Shown here: one piece after another, positions 40,966-49,974 of the stretch | Layout of the letters: each line of letters opens with the position of its first letter | Numbering within the stretch: position 1 is the first letter of the stretch | Origin: an uncultured Gemmatimonadales bacterium | GTDB taxonomy: Bacteria; Gemmatimonadota; Gemmatimonadetes; Gemmatimonadales; GWC2-71-9 | Reading direction: 5' to 3' | Assembly (NCBI GenBank): GCA_963728705.1 | Contig: CAVSLY010000011.1 | Coordinates: forward strand, 101,701-165,700 | DNA: 64,000 bases | Notes under the pieces: model-generated | The model's database searches: none | What the model saw: only the letters and a program-made list of their open reading frames with translations | Told to the model about the DNA's origin: nothing | Position numbers and translations under genes: made by a program

Positions 40966-41292
40966 GTGGACGCCGCATTCAACTCGCACGTGCACGAGCT
41001 CACCGCCATCAGCGGCGCCCGTCTCGCGGACGCCAACGGTCTGTCCGCCATCGTCGTGGCCGCCGCCGGCGCGGTCGGGATGCCGCCCCTCGGACCGCCG
41101 CTCGTGCGCGAGAGTCCGGGCGGGGTGGCGGTGGCGCTGCTCTGCCGCGAGGGCCACATCGTGCTCCACACGATTCCCGACGAGGGGCTCTGCTTCGTAT
41201 CGGTGGTCGCCCGCGCCCCGGTGGACGTCCGGCGGGGCGTGGAGGTGATCAGCCGCGGGCTCGCCAGGGACGGGGGACGGCGGGACCGCTAG
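40966..41292 (+). CDS. S-adenosylmethionine-decarboxylase-related small protein lacking the processing serine
   Basis: Tail of ORF 40288..41292. LLCREGHIVLHTIPDEGLCFVSV aligns by eye to the ESHxxIHTWPE pyruvoyl-forming motif, with Gly in place of Ser. GTG 40966 is a tentative start. Confidence 0.4.
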   Translation: MDAAFNSHVHELTAISGARLADANGLSAIVVAAAGAVGMPPLGPPLVRESPGGVAVALLCREGHIVLHTIPDEGLCFVSVVARAPVDVRRGVEVISRGLARDGGRRDR

Positions 41293-43961
41293 GACTGCAG
41301 CGCCGCGACGGGCGGGTGGGTCGCGCGGCGGCCGCGGACCACCCCCTCGACCCGCCGCTCGGGATCGAGCGAGGCCTGCGCCACGCGCAGCACGTCCTCG
41401 GCGGTGACGGCCCGGAACGCCGCAGCGGGATCTGCGAGTTCCCCGAGCCCGGATCCGGCCACCCACGCCTCGAGGATCTCGTTCGCCACCGCGCTGCCGG
41501 ACTGGCGGCTCACCTCCGCCTGGCCAGCCAGGTAGTTCACCGCCTGCCGCAGCTCGCTCCCACTCACCGGCTCGTGGGTAAACCGCTCCAGCTCGCGCAG
41601 CATCTCCTCGCGTGCCTCGTCCTCGCGCTCGGGTGAGGTGGCGATGTAGGTCACGAGCGCGCCCGCGCGGGCCTTGAGCCAGGCGGACGCCACGACCGTG
41701 TACGCGAGCGACCGCCGGTCACGCAGCGCCTCGAACAGCCGCCCGCCAAGCCCGCTCGCCACGGCGGCCCAGACCTGCACCGCCGCCCGGTCCCGGTGAC
41801 GCCGTGCCACTCCCGGAAACGCCATCGCTATGGCCGCCTGCGCCTTGTCGCGGGAGACGACGCGCGCCGGCGTCTCGCCGCCGGCGCCGGCCAACCAATC
41901 GAGCGCGGGCAGGCCACCGACCGGCGCCCGCGGCTCGGCGCCGGCGAACGCGCCCGCCAGGACCGCCGAGGCTTCGTCGGGGTCCACGTCGCCCACGGCA
42001 ATGACTACCGGACGGACGCCACGCAGCGCGCGCAGGTGCCAGGCCCGCGTGTCGGCGCAGGTGATGGCTGGCAGCGTGTGGGGCAGTCCCGCCACCGGGA
42101 GTCCGTAGCCCTCGTCACCGAAGGCGGCGGCGAACGCGAGCTGGAACGGATAGCGGAACATGTCGTCCGCTACCTGTTGGGCTTCGGCGATCATCAGGCC
42201 GCGCTCGCGCGCCACATCGCGCTCCTCCAGCCGGGGCGAGGTGTGCACCAGGTCCAGCAGCGCGGCGGCGGGCGCCAGGTGCTCCGCCAGCACGGTGGTG
42301 CCGAAGCCGAGCCAGTCGGACGCCGCGATCGGACTCACGGTGCCGCCCAGACGCTCGAAGGCGAAGGCCAGCCCGGCGGCGTCGAGGTCGCCCGCGGCGC
42401 GCACCGCGCTCCGTACGGTGAGCGCGCCGAGTCCTGCCTGCGCCGGCGGGTCGAGCTCCAGCCGCGGTATGTAGATGCCGAGATGCACCAGCGGCACACC
42501 GGGCTTCCGGCGAACCAGCAGGTCGGCACCCGGAAGGCTGGTGTGAACCACGTCCGCTTCGCGCCGGGTGGCCGGTCGGACGGACGCGGAGCGCGGCGGG
42601 GGCGCGGATGCGCCCGGTGCGGGCGCGGGTTGGCGGAGTTCCGTGACGGCGAAGGCGCGAGCCAGAGCGTCGGCGGTGAGCTCGGCGCCCTCATCTTCGG
42701 GAAGGTAGAGCACGCCGGAGACCGAGTCCGGCTGGAGGTAGCGGGCCGCCGCCGCGCGCACGTCCTCGGGTCGCACGGCGGCGATCGCCTCGAACTCGCG
42801 GTCGAGAAAATCGTATCCATCGAGCGCCTCGGCGGCGGCGAGCGCGGAGGCGCGGCCCTCCATCGACTCGAGCCGGCGAGCCCAGCGCGCGCGGAGCAGC
42901 GTGCGCGCGCGCTCGAGCTCGTGGGGCGGGGGCCCGAGCAGCGCCAGCCGGGCCACCGACGTGGCGATCGCGTCCAGCGCCTCGGGCACCCGCTGAGGCG
43001 CGAGCTCGGCGGCAACGCCGAAGAGCCCCAGCTCCGTCGGCGCGTAGTAGTTCGCGGCGATCCAGGTGACGAGCCCCGGCTCCCGCAGTCCGCGGTAGAG
43101 CCAGCTGCCGCGGCCCGAGCCGAGCACCGCGGCGGCCAGGTCCAGCGCCGGCGCGTCGGGCGCGAGCGGCGGGGCCGCGCGCCAGCCGAGCGACAGCTCG
43201 GCCTGGCTCACGTCGCCACGAAGCGTGCGCGCCCGTACCTCGCGACGATCCGTCTCCTCCGGCGAGGGGTCGACCACCACGGAGGCCGCCGGCCATTGGC
43301 CGTAGGCCTCGCGCGCGAGCCCGAGCGCGCGGTCCGGGTCCACCGCGCCGACGATCGCCACGATGGTCCGCTCCGGCACGTAGCGGGACGCGTAGTAGCC
43401 GTGGACGTCGGCGCGGGTGAACCCCGCGAGCTGCGCCTCGTGGCCGATCCGCCAGCGCCGGATCCGGTGGCGGTCGAACATCACCTCGTGGAGCGTCTCG
43501 TACGCCACCGACGACGGCGAATCGAGCTTGCGCTTGGCTTCCTGGATGATGACCTGGAGCTCGCGGGCCAGCTCGCCCTCGTCCAGGACCGAGTGGCGCA
43601 GCGCATCGGCCTGGATGTCGAGCGCTTCGGCGAGACTGGCGGCGGGGAGGACCGTGAAATACGAGGTGTGGTCGTACGTCGTGCTGGCGTTGAGATAGCC
43701 GCCCGCGCTCTTGGTCTCGCGGGCGATCGCGCCCACGCCCCGGCGCGCCGTGCCCTTGAAGAACATGTGCTCCAGCACGTGGGAGATGCCGCTCCAGCGG
43801 TCGGGCTCGTCGAAGAAACCCGCCTTCACGTGCGTCACCACCGCCACGACGGGGGCGGAGCGGTCCTCCTGCACGAGCAGGGTGAGGCCGTTCGGCAGCA
43901 CCTCCCGCCGGACGCCGGCCGTCCAGTGCGGCGGCGGCTGCCCGGGACCGCGCGCCGTCAT
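41289..43961 (-). CDS. tandem M16 (pitrilysin/insulinase-family) zinc peptidase
   Basis: Intact ORF with HVLEHMFFKGT (HxxEH) in the first unit and a second M16-like unit lacking it. Start 43961 lies 4 nt after the TPR gene stop; the alternative start is 44024. Confidence 0.8.
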   Translation of the reverse strand: MTARGPGQPPPHWTAGVRREVLPNGLTLLVQEDRSAPVVAVVTHVKAGFFDEPDRWSGISHVLEHMFFKGTARRGVGAIARETKSAGGYLNASTTYDHTSYFTVLPAASLAEALDIQADALRHSVLDEGELARELQVIIQEAKRKLDSPSSVAYETLHEVMFDRHRIRRWRIGHEAQLAGFTRADVHGYYASRYVPERTIVAIVGAVDPDRALGLAREAYGQWPAASVVVDPSPEETDRREVRARTLRGDVSQAELSLGWRAAPPLAPDAPALDLAAAVLGSGRGSWLYRGLREPGLVTWIAANYYAPTELGLFGVAAELAPQRVPEALDAIATSVARLALLGPPPHELERARTLLRARWARRLESMEGRASALAAAEALDGYDFLDREFEAIAAVRPEDVRAAAARYLQPDSVSGVLYLPEDEGAELTADALARAFAVTELRQPAPAPGASAPPPRSASVRPATRREADVVHTSLPGADLLVRRKPGVPLVHLGIYIPRLELDPPAQAGLGALTVRSAVRAAGDLDAAGLAFAFERLGGTVSPIAASDWLGFGTTVLAEHLAPAAALLDLVHTSPRLEERDVARERGLMIAEAQQVADDMFRYPFQLAFAAAFGDEGYGLPVAGLPHTLPAITCADTRAWHLRALRGVRPVVIAVGDVDPDEASAVLAGAFAGAEPRAPVGGLPALDWLAGAGGETPARVVSRDKAQAAIAMAFPGVARRHRDRAAVQVWAAVASGLGGRLFEALRDRRSLAYTVVASAWLKARAGALVTYIATSPEREDEAREEMLRELERFTHEPVSGSELRQAVNYLAGQAEVSRQSGSAVANEILEAWVAGSGLGELADPAAAFRAVTAEDVLRVAQASLDPERRVEGVVRGRRATHPPVAALQS

Positions 43962-43965
43962 GCCG

Positions 43966-45084
43966 CTACTGCACGATCCGCAGCACGCCCGCTTCGGCGC
44001 TGCCGCGAATGAAGGCCTCCGCATCCGTGGTGGGGATGACGACGCCCGTTTCGGCCTGACCCCGCCGGGCCAGGCTGGCCATGAAATCGGTCAGCGAGCC
44101 GGCGGCCCAGTCGCGGTCGGCCTCTTTCATCTGAAGCAGAATCTCCTCCCAGTTGCCGCGAATGGGCTGGCCGGCCAGCGTGACCACGACATGTGCCTCG
44201 GCGTGCCCCGGCTTCTTCTGCATCGCGTGCAGCTCGCTGAGGAGCGTGCCGAACAGCTCGAGCTGGTGCGGATCGCGGACGCCGCCGTCGGCCTGCTGCG
44301 CCTCGACCTCGGCGAGCAGCATGTCGATCGCATCGGGCTCACCGCCCACTTCGCCCAGTCGGGTCAGCCAGGGAACCAGCTCGGGATCCTCGTCCGGCAG
44401 CCGATAGACCGTCTTCTTGAGCTCGATGTGCCGCCAGATGCCGAGCTCGTCGAAGTGATCTTCAGGCTGGGTGCGCTCGAGCTGATGGAGCGCCGCCTCG
44501 GTCTCGCCGCGGTCGTAGAGCAGATTGGCGAGATAGATTCGCGCCTCGCTGTACGACGCGTCGAGCTCGAGTGCTCGGCGGAGCCAATAGAGCGACCCGG
44601 CGTCGTTCCCCAGCCGGTGCGAGGCGTAGCCGAGGCAGGCGGCCGCGTCGGGCGAGTCGGGATGGGCGGAGGCCGCGAGGTCGAAGAACCGTTGCGCGGG
44701 CGCGATGTGCCCTTCGCGAAACAGCGCGCGACCGACCTGCAGCATGAGCTCGTGATCGTCCTGGAAGCCGAGCTGCAGAATCCGCTCGAACGCGCGCATG
44801 GCACCAGGGCGGTCTCCCAGCTTCAGCAGCGTCTCGCCCAAGCCGGCCAGGCCGTCCTCGTGGTCGGGGTCCAGCCCGAGAGCGTGCTCGAAACTCCGTC
44901 GCGCCCAGGCGTATTCCTCCCGGGCCAGATGGGCATAGGCCATCCCGATGTGGAGCTCGACGGCATGTGGATAGAGGGTGGTGCCTTCCTTGAGGATCAG
45001 CAGCGCTTCATCGTACCGGCCTTCGTTATAGAGTTGATGGGCTTGTTCGTCGAAGTCGTCGGAGCTGAGAAAGGCGTCCGACAT
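43966..45084 (-). CDS. TPR-repeat protein
   Basis: ATG 45084 preceded by GGAGGA. Repeated A-x3-Y/F..A..G..D.A helix pairs in the N-terminal ~230 aa. Confidence 0.65.
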   Translation of the reverse strand: MSDAFLSSDDFDEQAHQLYNEGRYDEALLILKEGTTLYPHAVELHIGMAYAHLAREEYAWARRSFEHALGLDPDHEDGLAGLGETLLKLGDRPGAMRAFERILQLGFQDDHELMLQVGRALFREGHIAPAQRFFDLAASAHPDSPDAAACLGYASHRLGNDAGSLYWLRRALELDASYSEARIYLANLLYDRGETEAALHQLERTQPEDHFDELGIWRHIELKKTVYRLPDEDPELVPWLTRLGEVGGEPDAIDMLLAEVEAQQADGGVRDPHQLELFGTLLSELHAMQKKPGHAEAHVVVTLAGQPIRGNWEEILLQMKEADRDWAAGSLTDFMASLARRGQAETGVVIPTTDAEAFIRGSAEAGVLRIVQ

Positions 45085-45178
45085 CGGCGGTCCTCCCACA
45101 GGTAGGTTGCTGCAAACTACGGACTTCCGGGAGGAGGAGCAAGAGAACCGGGAGGCCGGGGCCGGACCTGGACCGGGC

Positions 45179-45227
45179 TTGACGTGCGCGCGTGCCTGCC
45201 CATATTACTGACCAGTCAGTTAGTAAT
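45179..45227 (+). promoter_or_regulatory. promoter with overlapping TetR-type operator
   Basis: TTGACG (45179-45184), 17 nt, then ATATTA (45202-45207). An AT-rich imperfect palindrome ATTACTGAC-CA-GTCAGTTAGTAAT (45204-45227, core ACTGAC/GTCAGT) overlaps the -10, 19 nt before the tetR ATG. Confidence 0.5.
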
Positions 45228-45245
45228 TGCACCACGAGGTGCTCT

Positions 45246-45905
45246 ATGGGCGCCGACGACTCGATGCTCACCGCCCCGCCCCGCTGGCAGCGCCGCCCCG
45301 AGGCACGCCCCGACGAGATTCTCGATGCCGCCCTGGCGGTCTTCGGCGAGTCCGGCTTCGCCCGCGCCAAGATCGACGACGTCGCCCGCCTCGCCGGCGT
45401 GAGCAAGGGCACCGTCTACCTCTATTACGACTCCAAGGAAGCGCTTTTCCGCGAGATGGTGCGCGCCAAGATCGTCGCCTGTCTGGCGGAAGGCGAGGCG
45501 CTCGTGCGCACGCACGAAGGGTCCGCGCGGGCGCTGCTCGTCGATCTCATCCGGCGCATGTACCTCCGCATGCGCGAGGAAGGGATGACGCGGATCGCCC
45601 GGGTCGTCCAGGCCGAGCTCATGTACTTCCCTGAGCTGGCCCGGTTCTACTTCGACGAGGTGATTCTGCGCGCCCGTCGCCTGATCGAGCAGGTGCTCGA
45701 GCGCGGCGTGGCCACCGGCGAGTTCCGGAGCAATCCGCACGGGTTCGCCGCCCGCGGGCTGACCTCGCTTCTGGTCCACACCGCCCACCAGCAGTGCTTC
45801 TACCACCCCTTCGACCCCCAGGCGCTCGGGGACGAGCAGGCGCTCGACGGGCTCCTGGACCTCTATCTCCACGGCGTGCTCGCGCGCTCCGTCGAAGAGA
45901 GCTGA
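45246..45905 (+). CDS. TetR/AcrR-family transcriptional regulator
   Basis: HTH ILDAALAVFGESGFARAKIDDVARLAGVSKGTVYLYYDSKEALF. First gene of the efflux operon. Confidence 0.85.
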   Translation: MGADDSMLTAPPRWQRRPEARPDEILDAALAVFGESGFARAKIDDVARLAGVSKGTVYLYYDSKEALFREMVRAKIVACLAEGEALVRTHEGSARALLVDLIRRMYLRMREEGMTRIARVVQAELMYFPELARFYFDEVILRARRLIEQVLERGVATGEFRSNPHGFAARGLTSLLVHTAHQQCFYHPFDPQALGDEQALDGLLDLYLHGVLARSVEES

Positions 45906-45914
45906 GGCTGGCGT

Positions 45915-47225
45915 ATGCGCCCCGCCCTCCGGTTGCTCGTCCTGTCGGTCCTGGCCGCCGCGCCCGCGGTGGCCCAGGAGCCCGCGGCGCCCCAGGGCCC
46001 GCTCACCCTGCTCCAGGCGATCACGCTCGGCCGGAGCCAGGGCGTTGACGCGGCCATCGCCCGGCTCGACGTGCGGGCCGCCGACGCGCGAGTGGGACAG
46101 CGCCGGGCCGACCTCCTGCCCACGATCAGCGGCAACGCGGGCATCACCCGTCAGACGCTCAACCTCGACGAGTTCGGGATCCCCGTCGCCACCGGGGTCA
46201 CCGCTCCGTTCGACATCTACCGGCTCCAGCTCCGCGCCTCGCAGACGATTTTCGACGCATCCCTGATCGGCCGGCTTCGCGCCGCGCGCGACACGGCGGT
46301 CGCGGCGGGGCTCGACGCCAGGGCAACCGGCGAGATCGCGGGCGCCACCGCCGGCCTCGCCTATCTCCGCGCCCTGAGCGCGCGTGAGACGGTGCGCGCC
46401 CGCCAGGCCGACAGCACCATCGCGGCCGAGCTGCTGGGGCAGGCGCGGCAGCTGGTGGACGCCGGCGTGAGCCCCGCCATCGACGCCACGCGGAGCGAGG
46501 TGAGCTTCGCGTCCGTGCGCACGCAGCTCGAGGTGGCGCGCAACGCCTCGGACCGGGCCCGCCTCGACCTGCTCCGATCCCTCGACCTGCCCTCGGGTAC
46601 CCGGGTGGACCTCGCGGATTCGCTCGGACCCGGCCCGCTCGACATCCCGCTCGATCCCGACTCGGCCGCGGGCTTCGCGCGCGAGCATCGCATAGAGCTC
46701 GCCGCCGAGCAGGCCCGGACCCGGGCCGTGCGCCGGGAGCTTGGCGCGATCCGCGCCGAATACCTGCCCAGCCTCGGGCTGAGCGGGCAGTATCAGCAGA
46801 CCGGCCGCGAGGCCGGCGATCTCGCGGGCACCTACAACGTGCAGCTTCAGCTCACCGTGCCGATCCTGGACGGCTTCCGGCGCCAGAACCGGGTCAAGGA
46901 GCAGAACCTGCGCGTGGACATCCAGAAGATTCGCGAGCGCGACCTGGTGAACCGGGTCGAGACCGAGGCGCGCCAGTCGGTGCTCGACCTGGCCTCCTCC
47001 CAGCAGCAGGTCGCCATCGCCGACAACCGGCTCCGGCTCGCCGAGCTGGAGCTGAGCCAGGCCCAGCAGCGCTTTCAGGCCGGCGTGGCGGGAAGCGTGG
47101 AGACGACCAACGCTCAGGGATCGGTCATCGCCGCGCGCGACGCCCTGATCCAGGCGCGCGTGAATTTCGGCACCGCCCGGGTCAGCGCCTATCGCGCGCT
47201 GGGCGTCATCGACCAAATGCACTAA
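45915..47225 (+). CDS. TolC-family outer-membrane efflux protein
   Basis: 436 aa with a signal peptide and two repeated coiled-coil/beta halves, in an operon with HlyD and MFS genes. Confidence 0.8.
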   Translation: MRPALRLLVLSVLAAAPAVAQEPAAPQGPLTLLQAITLGRSQGVDAAIARLDVRAADARVGQRRADLLPTISGNAGITRQTLNLDEFGIPVATGVTAPFDIYRLQLRASQTIFDASLIGRLRAARDTAVAAGLDARATGEIAGATAGLAYLRALSARETVRARQADSTIAAELLGQARQLVDAGVSPAIDATRSEVSFASVRTQLEVARNASDRARLDLLRSLDLPSGTRVDLADSLGPGPLDIPLDPDSAAGFAREHRIELAAEQARTRAVRRELGAIRAEYLPSLGLSGQYQQTGREAGDLAGTYNVQLQLTVPILDGFRRQNRVKEQNLRVDIQKIRERDLVNRVETEARQSVLDLASSQQQVAIADNRLRLAELELSQAQQRFQAGVAGSVETTNAQGSVIAARDALIQARVNFGTARVSAYRALGVIDQMH

Positions 47226-47259
47226 CCCGCGCTTCGGCGCGATCAGAACGAGAACGAGT

Positions 47260-48354
47260 ATGACGACCGACATCGCGATGGACGTCCCCGCCACGGCCCA
47301 GCCCGAGACCCGGAGCTGGACCCGCCGCCTGCCCATGATCATCGGGATCATTCTCGTGATCGCCCTCGCGGGCTGGGGCGTGCGCCGCTGGCTCTACAGC
47401 CGGAACCATGTGAGCAGCGACAACGCCCAGGTGGACGGCCACATCACCTCGATCGCGCCGCGAATCGCGGGGTTCATCGACCGGGTGGCGGTCGAGGAGA
47501 ACCAGCATGTGAAGGTGGGCGACACGCTCGTCGTGCTCGATCGGCGCGATCTCATCGCCCGTCTCGAGCAGGCCGAGGCGGACTTGCGGAACGCCGAGGC
47601 CCTGGTGAGCGGGCGGCACGGCGCCGGCCAGGCCGTAGCCCAGCTGCAGGCCACTCGCGCCGAGGCCGCCTCGGCCGATGCCGACGTCACGGCGGCCGAG
47701 GCCACCGCCCGCCAGACCGAGGCCGACTACCAGCGCTACCGGACGCTCGCGGCCACCAAGGTCGTCTCCGCCCAGCAGCTCGACGCGGCCCAATCCGCGC
47801 GCGATGCGGCGGCGGCCAACCTCGAGGCCGCCCGCCGTCGCGCCGCCGCTGCCGGGAGCCAGATCTCCGCCTCGGGTGCCGCGCTCCGCGGTGCCGACGC
47901 CCGCCTGGCCTCGGCGCAGGCGGCGGTCGAGACCGCGCGCCTCCAGCTCAGCTATGCCACGCTGTTCGCGCCCGACGACGGCGTCATCGCCAAGCGCAGC
48001 GCCGAGCCGGGCGCGCAGGTGCAGATCGGACAGAACCTCATGTCGATCGTGCCCGACACCAACGTCTGGGTCACGGCCAACCTGAAGGAGACCCAGCTCG
48101 CCAACGTGCGCGTGGGTGACGCCGCCGAGTTCAGCGTGGACGCCTATCCCGGCGCGACCTTTCACGGCAAGGTCGAGAGCCTGAGCCCGGCCACCGGCGC
48201 CCGGTTCGCGCTGCTGCCGCCCGACAACGCGACGGGCAACTTCACCAAGGTGGTCCAGCGGGTGCCGGTGAGGATCGCGGTCGACGGCGCGGCGGACCCG
48301 GCGCGCCCGCTCCGCCCGGGAATGTCGGTAGACGTCACCATCACCACCGACTGA
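47260..48354 (+). CDS. HlyD/EmrA-family membrane-fusion protein
   Basis: N-terminal TM, a long Ala-rich coiled coil, and the C-terminal GNFTKVVQRVPVRI motif typical of EmrA. Confidence 0.8.
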   Translation: MTTDIAMDVPATAQPETRSWTRRLPMIIGIILVIALAGWGVRRWLYSRNHVSSDNAQVDGHITSIAPRIAGFIDRVAVEENQHVKVGDTLVVLDRRDLIARLEQAEADLRNAEALVSGRHGAGQAVAQLQATRAEAASADADVTAAEATARQTEADYQRYRTLAATKVVSAQQLDAAQSARDAAAANLEAARRRAAAAGSQISASGAALRGADARLASAQAAVETARLQLSYATLFAPDDGVIAKRSAEPGAQVQIGQNLMSIVPDTNVWVTANLKETQLANVRVGDAAEFSVDAYPGATFHGKVESLSPATGARFALLPPDNATGNFTKVVQRVPVRIAVDGAADPARPLRPGMSVDVTITTD

Positions 48355-48362
48355 GGCCCGCG

Positions 48363-49946
48363 ATGGCCACCATGGCGCTGCCCGCGCGACCTCACGGCAT
48401 CACGCGGGAGCAGGTCTACCGCACGCGCTACCTCATCGCGTTCGCGGTGACACTGGCGAGCGTGCTGGAGCTGGTGGACACCAGCATCGTGAACGTCGCG
48501 ATTCCGCACATGATGGGGAATCTGGGGGCGACGCTGGATGAGGTGGCGTGGGTGAGCACCGGGTACATCGTCGCCAACGTCATCGTGCTGCCGCTCACGA
48601 GCTGGCTCTCGGAGCGGTTTGGCCGGCGGAACTACTACTTCGGCTCCATCCTGCTCTTTACCCTCGCCTCGTTCTTCTGCGGCGCGGCGCGCTCGCTCGA
48701 GATGCTGGTGTTCTGGCGCGTCGTCCAGGGCATCGGTGGCGGCGCGCTCATCAGCACGGCGCAAGCCATCCTGTTCGACGTCTTCCCCCTGCGCGAGCGC
48801 GGCACCGCCATGGCCATCTTCGGCATGGGCGTGATGGTCGGACCGACCCTCGGCCCGACTCTCGGCGGGTGGATCACCGACAACTACAGCTGGCCCTGGA
48901 TCTTCTATATCAACGTGCCGCTGGGTCTCCTGGCCGCGGCCCTGACCTGGCGCTCGGTCCCAGAGCCCGAGCATGCCATCCGGCGGACCAGAGTGGACTG
49001 GCTGGGACTCGCGTTCCTCATCGTCGGGATCGGCGCGCTCCAGGTGCTGCTCGAGCGCGGCGAGCGCCAGGACTGGTTCGAATCCCTCGAGATCATCGTC
49101 GAGGCCATCGCGGCCGGCGTGGGGCTCGCGGCGTTCGTCTGGCACGAGCTCCGCACGTCCGACCCGATCGTCGATCTCCGCATTCTCCGGAACCGCCAGC
49201 TCGCTGGGGGCGTGGCCTTCGCCGTGGTCCTGGGGTTCGCGCTCTACTCGAGCGTCTTCGCGCTGCCGGTGTTCCTGCAGAACCTCCTGGGCTACTCCGC
49301 CTGGGACACTGGGCGGGTGATCCTCCCGGGCGCCATCGCGAGTGCTTTCACCATGGCCGCCATGGGCCGGCTGGGTTCCCGAGTGGACGCGCGGGTGCTC
49401 GTCACCATCGGGGTGCTGCTCTTTCTCTGGTCGATGGGGCTGCACTCGCGGTTCACCACGGCCATCGGAATGCACGATCTCTTCTGGCCGATGATCCTTC
49501 GCGGCGTCGGTCTCGGCTTCATCTTCGTGCCGCTGACCGGCGCCGCCGTGGCCGACCTCCGGCCGGCGCAGCTCGCGCAGGGCACCGGCCTCTTCAACCT
49601 GGCGCGCCAGCTCGGAGGCAGCCTCGGCATCGCGCTGACCGCCACCCTGCTTACTCGCTTCACCGAGCAGAGCCGGGAGGCGCTCCTTCCGCATCTCTCG
49701 CCGGCGAGCCCCGCGGCCATCGAATGGCTGCAGCATGCCACGACGCGGCTGGTCGGCGTCGCCGGCTCGCTGGGCGCCGCCCGGCAGCAGGCGCTCGCCC
49801 TGCTCGAGGCCACGCTCCGGCAGCAGGCCTCGATGGTGGCCTTCGAAAAGGTGTTCCTCACGATGGGCGTGACCTTCGCGGCGGCACTGCCGCTCCTGCT
49901 GCTGTTCCGGACTGGCCGCGTGCGCGGAGGAACCGGAGCACACTGA
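48363..49946 (+). CDS. DHA2 (EmrB/QacA) MFS efflux transporter
   Basis: 527 aa, 14-TM type. LDTSIVNVAIP and WVSTGY motifs. Confidence 0.85.
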   Translation: MATMALPARPHGITREQVYRTRYLIAFAVTLASVLELVDTSIVNVAIPHMMGNLGATLDEVAWVSTGYIVANVIVLPLTSWLSERFGRRNYYFGSILLFTLASFFCGAARSLEMLVFWRVVQGIGGGALISTAQAILFDVFPLRERGTAMAIFGMGVMVGPTLGPTLGGWITDNYSWPWIFYINVPLGLLAAALTWRSVPEPEHAIRRTRVDWLGLAFLIVGIGALQVLLERGERQDWFESLEIIVEAIAAGVGLAAFVWHELRTSDPIVDLRILRNRQLAGGVAFAVVLGFALYSSVFALPVFLQNLLGYSAWDTGRVILPGAIASAFTMAAMGRLGSRVDARVLVTIGVLLFLWSMGLHSRFTTAIGMHDLFWPMILRGVGLGFIFVPLTGAAVADLRPAQLAQGTGLFNLARQLGGSLGIALTATLLTRFTEQSREALLPHLSPASPAAIEWLQHATTRLVGVAGSLGAARQQALALLEATLRQQASMVAFEKVFLTMGVTFAAALPLLLLFRTGRVRGGTGAH

Positions 49947-49974
49947 GTCGTTCCCTCCTTCCCTCTTTCCCTCT

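Noticed and set aside
41289-43961. Tandem M16 peptidase as the PqqF/PqqG-type protease for PqqA processing.
   Set aside because: It is 10 kb from the pqq operon, on the opposite strand, and in its own operon with a TPR protein. M16 peptidases are common, so the sequence gives no specific support.
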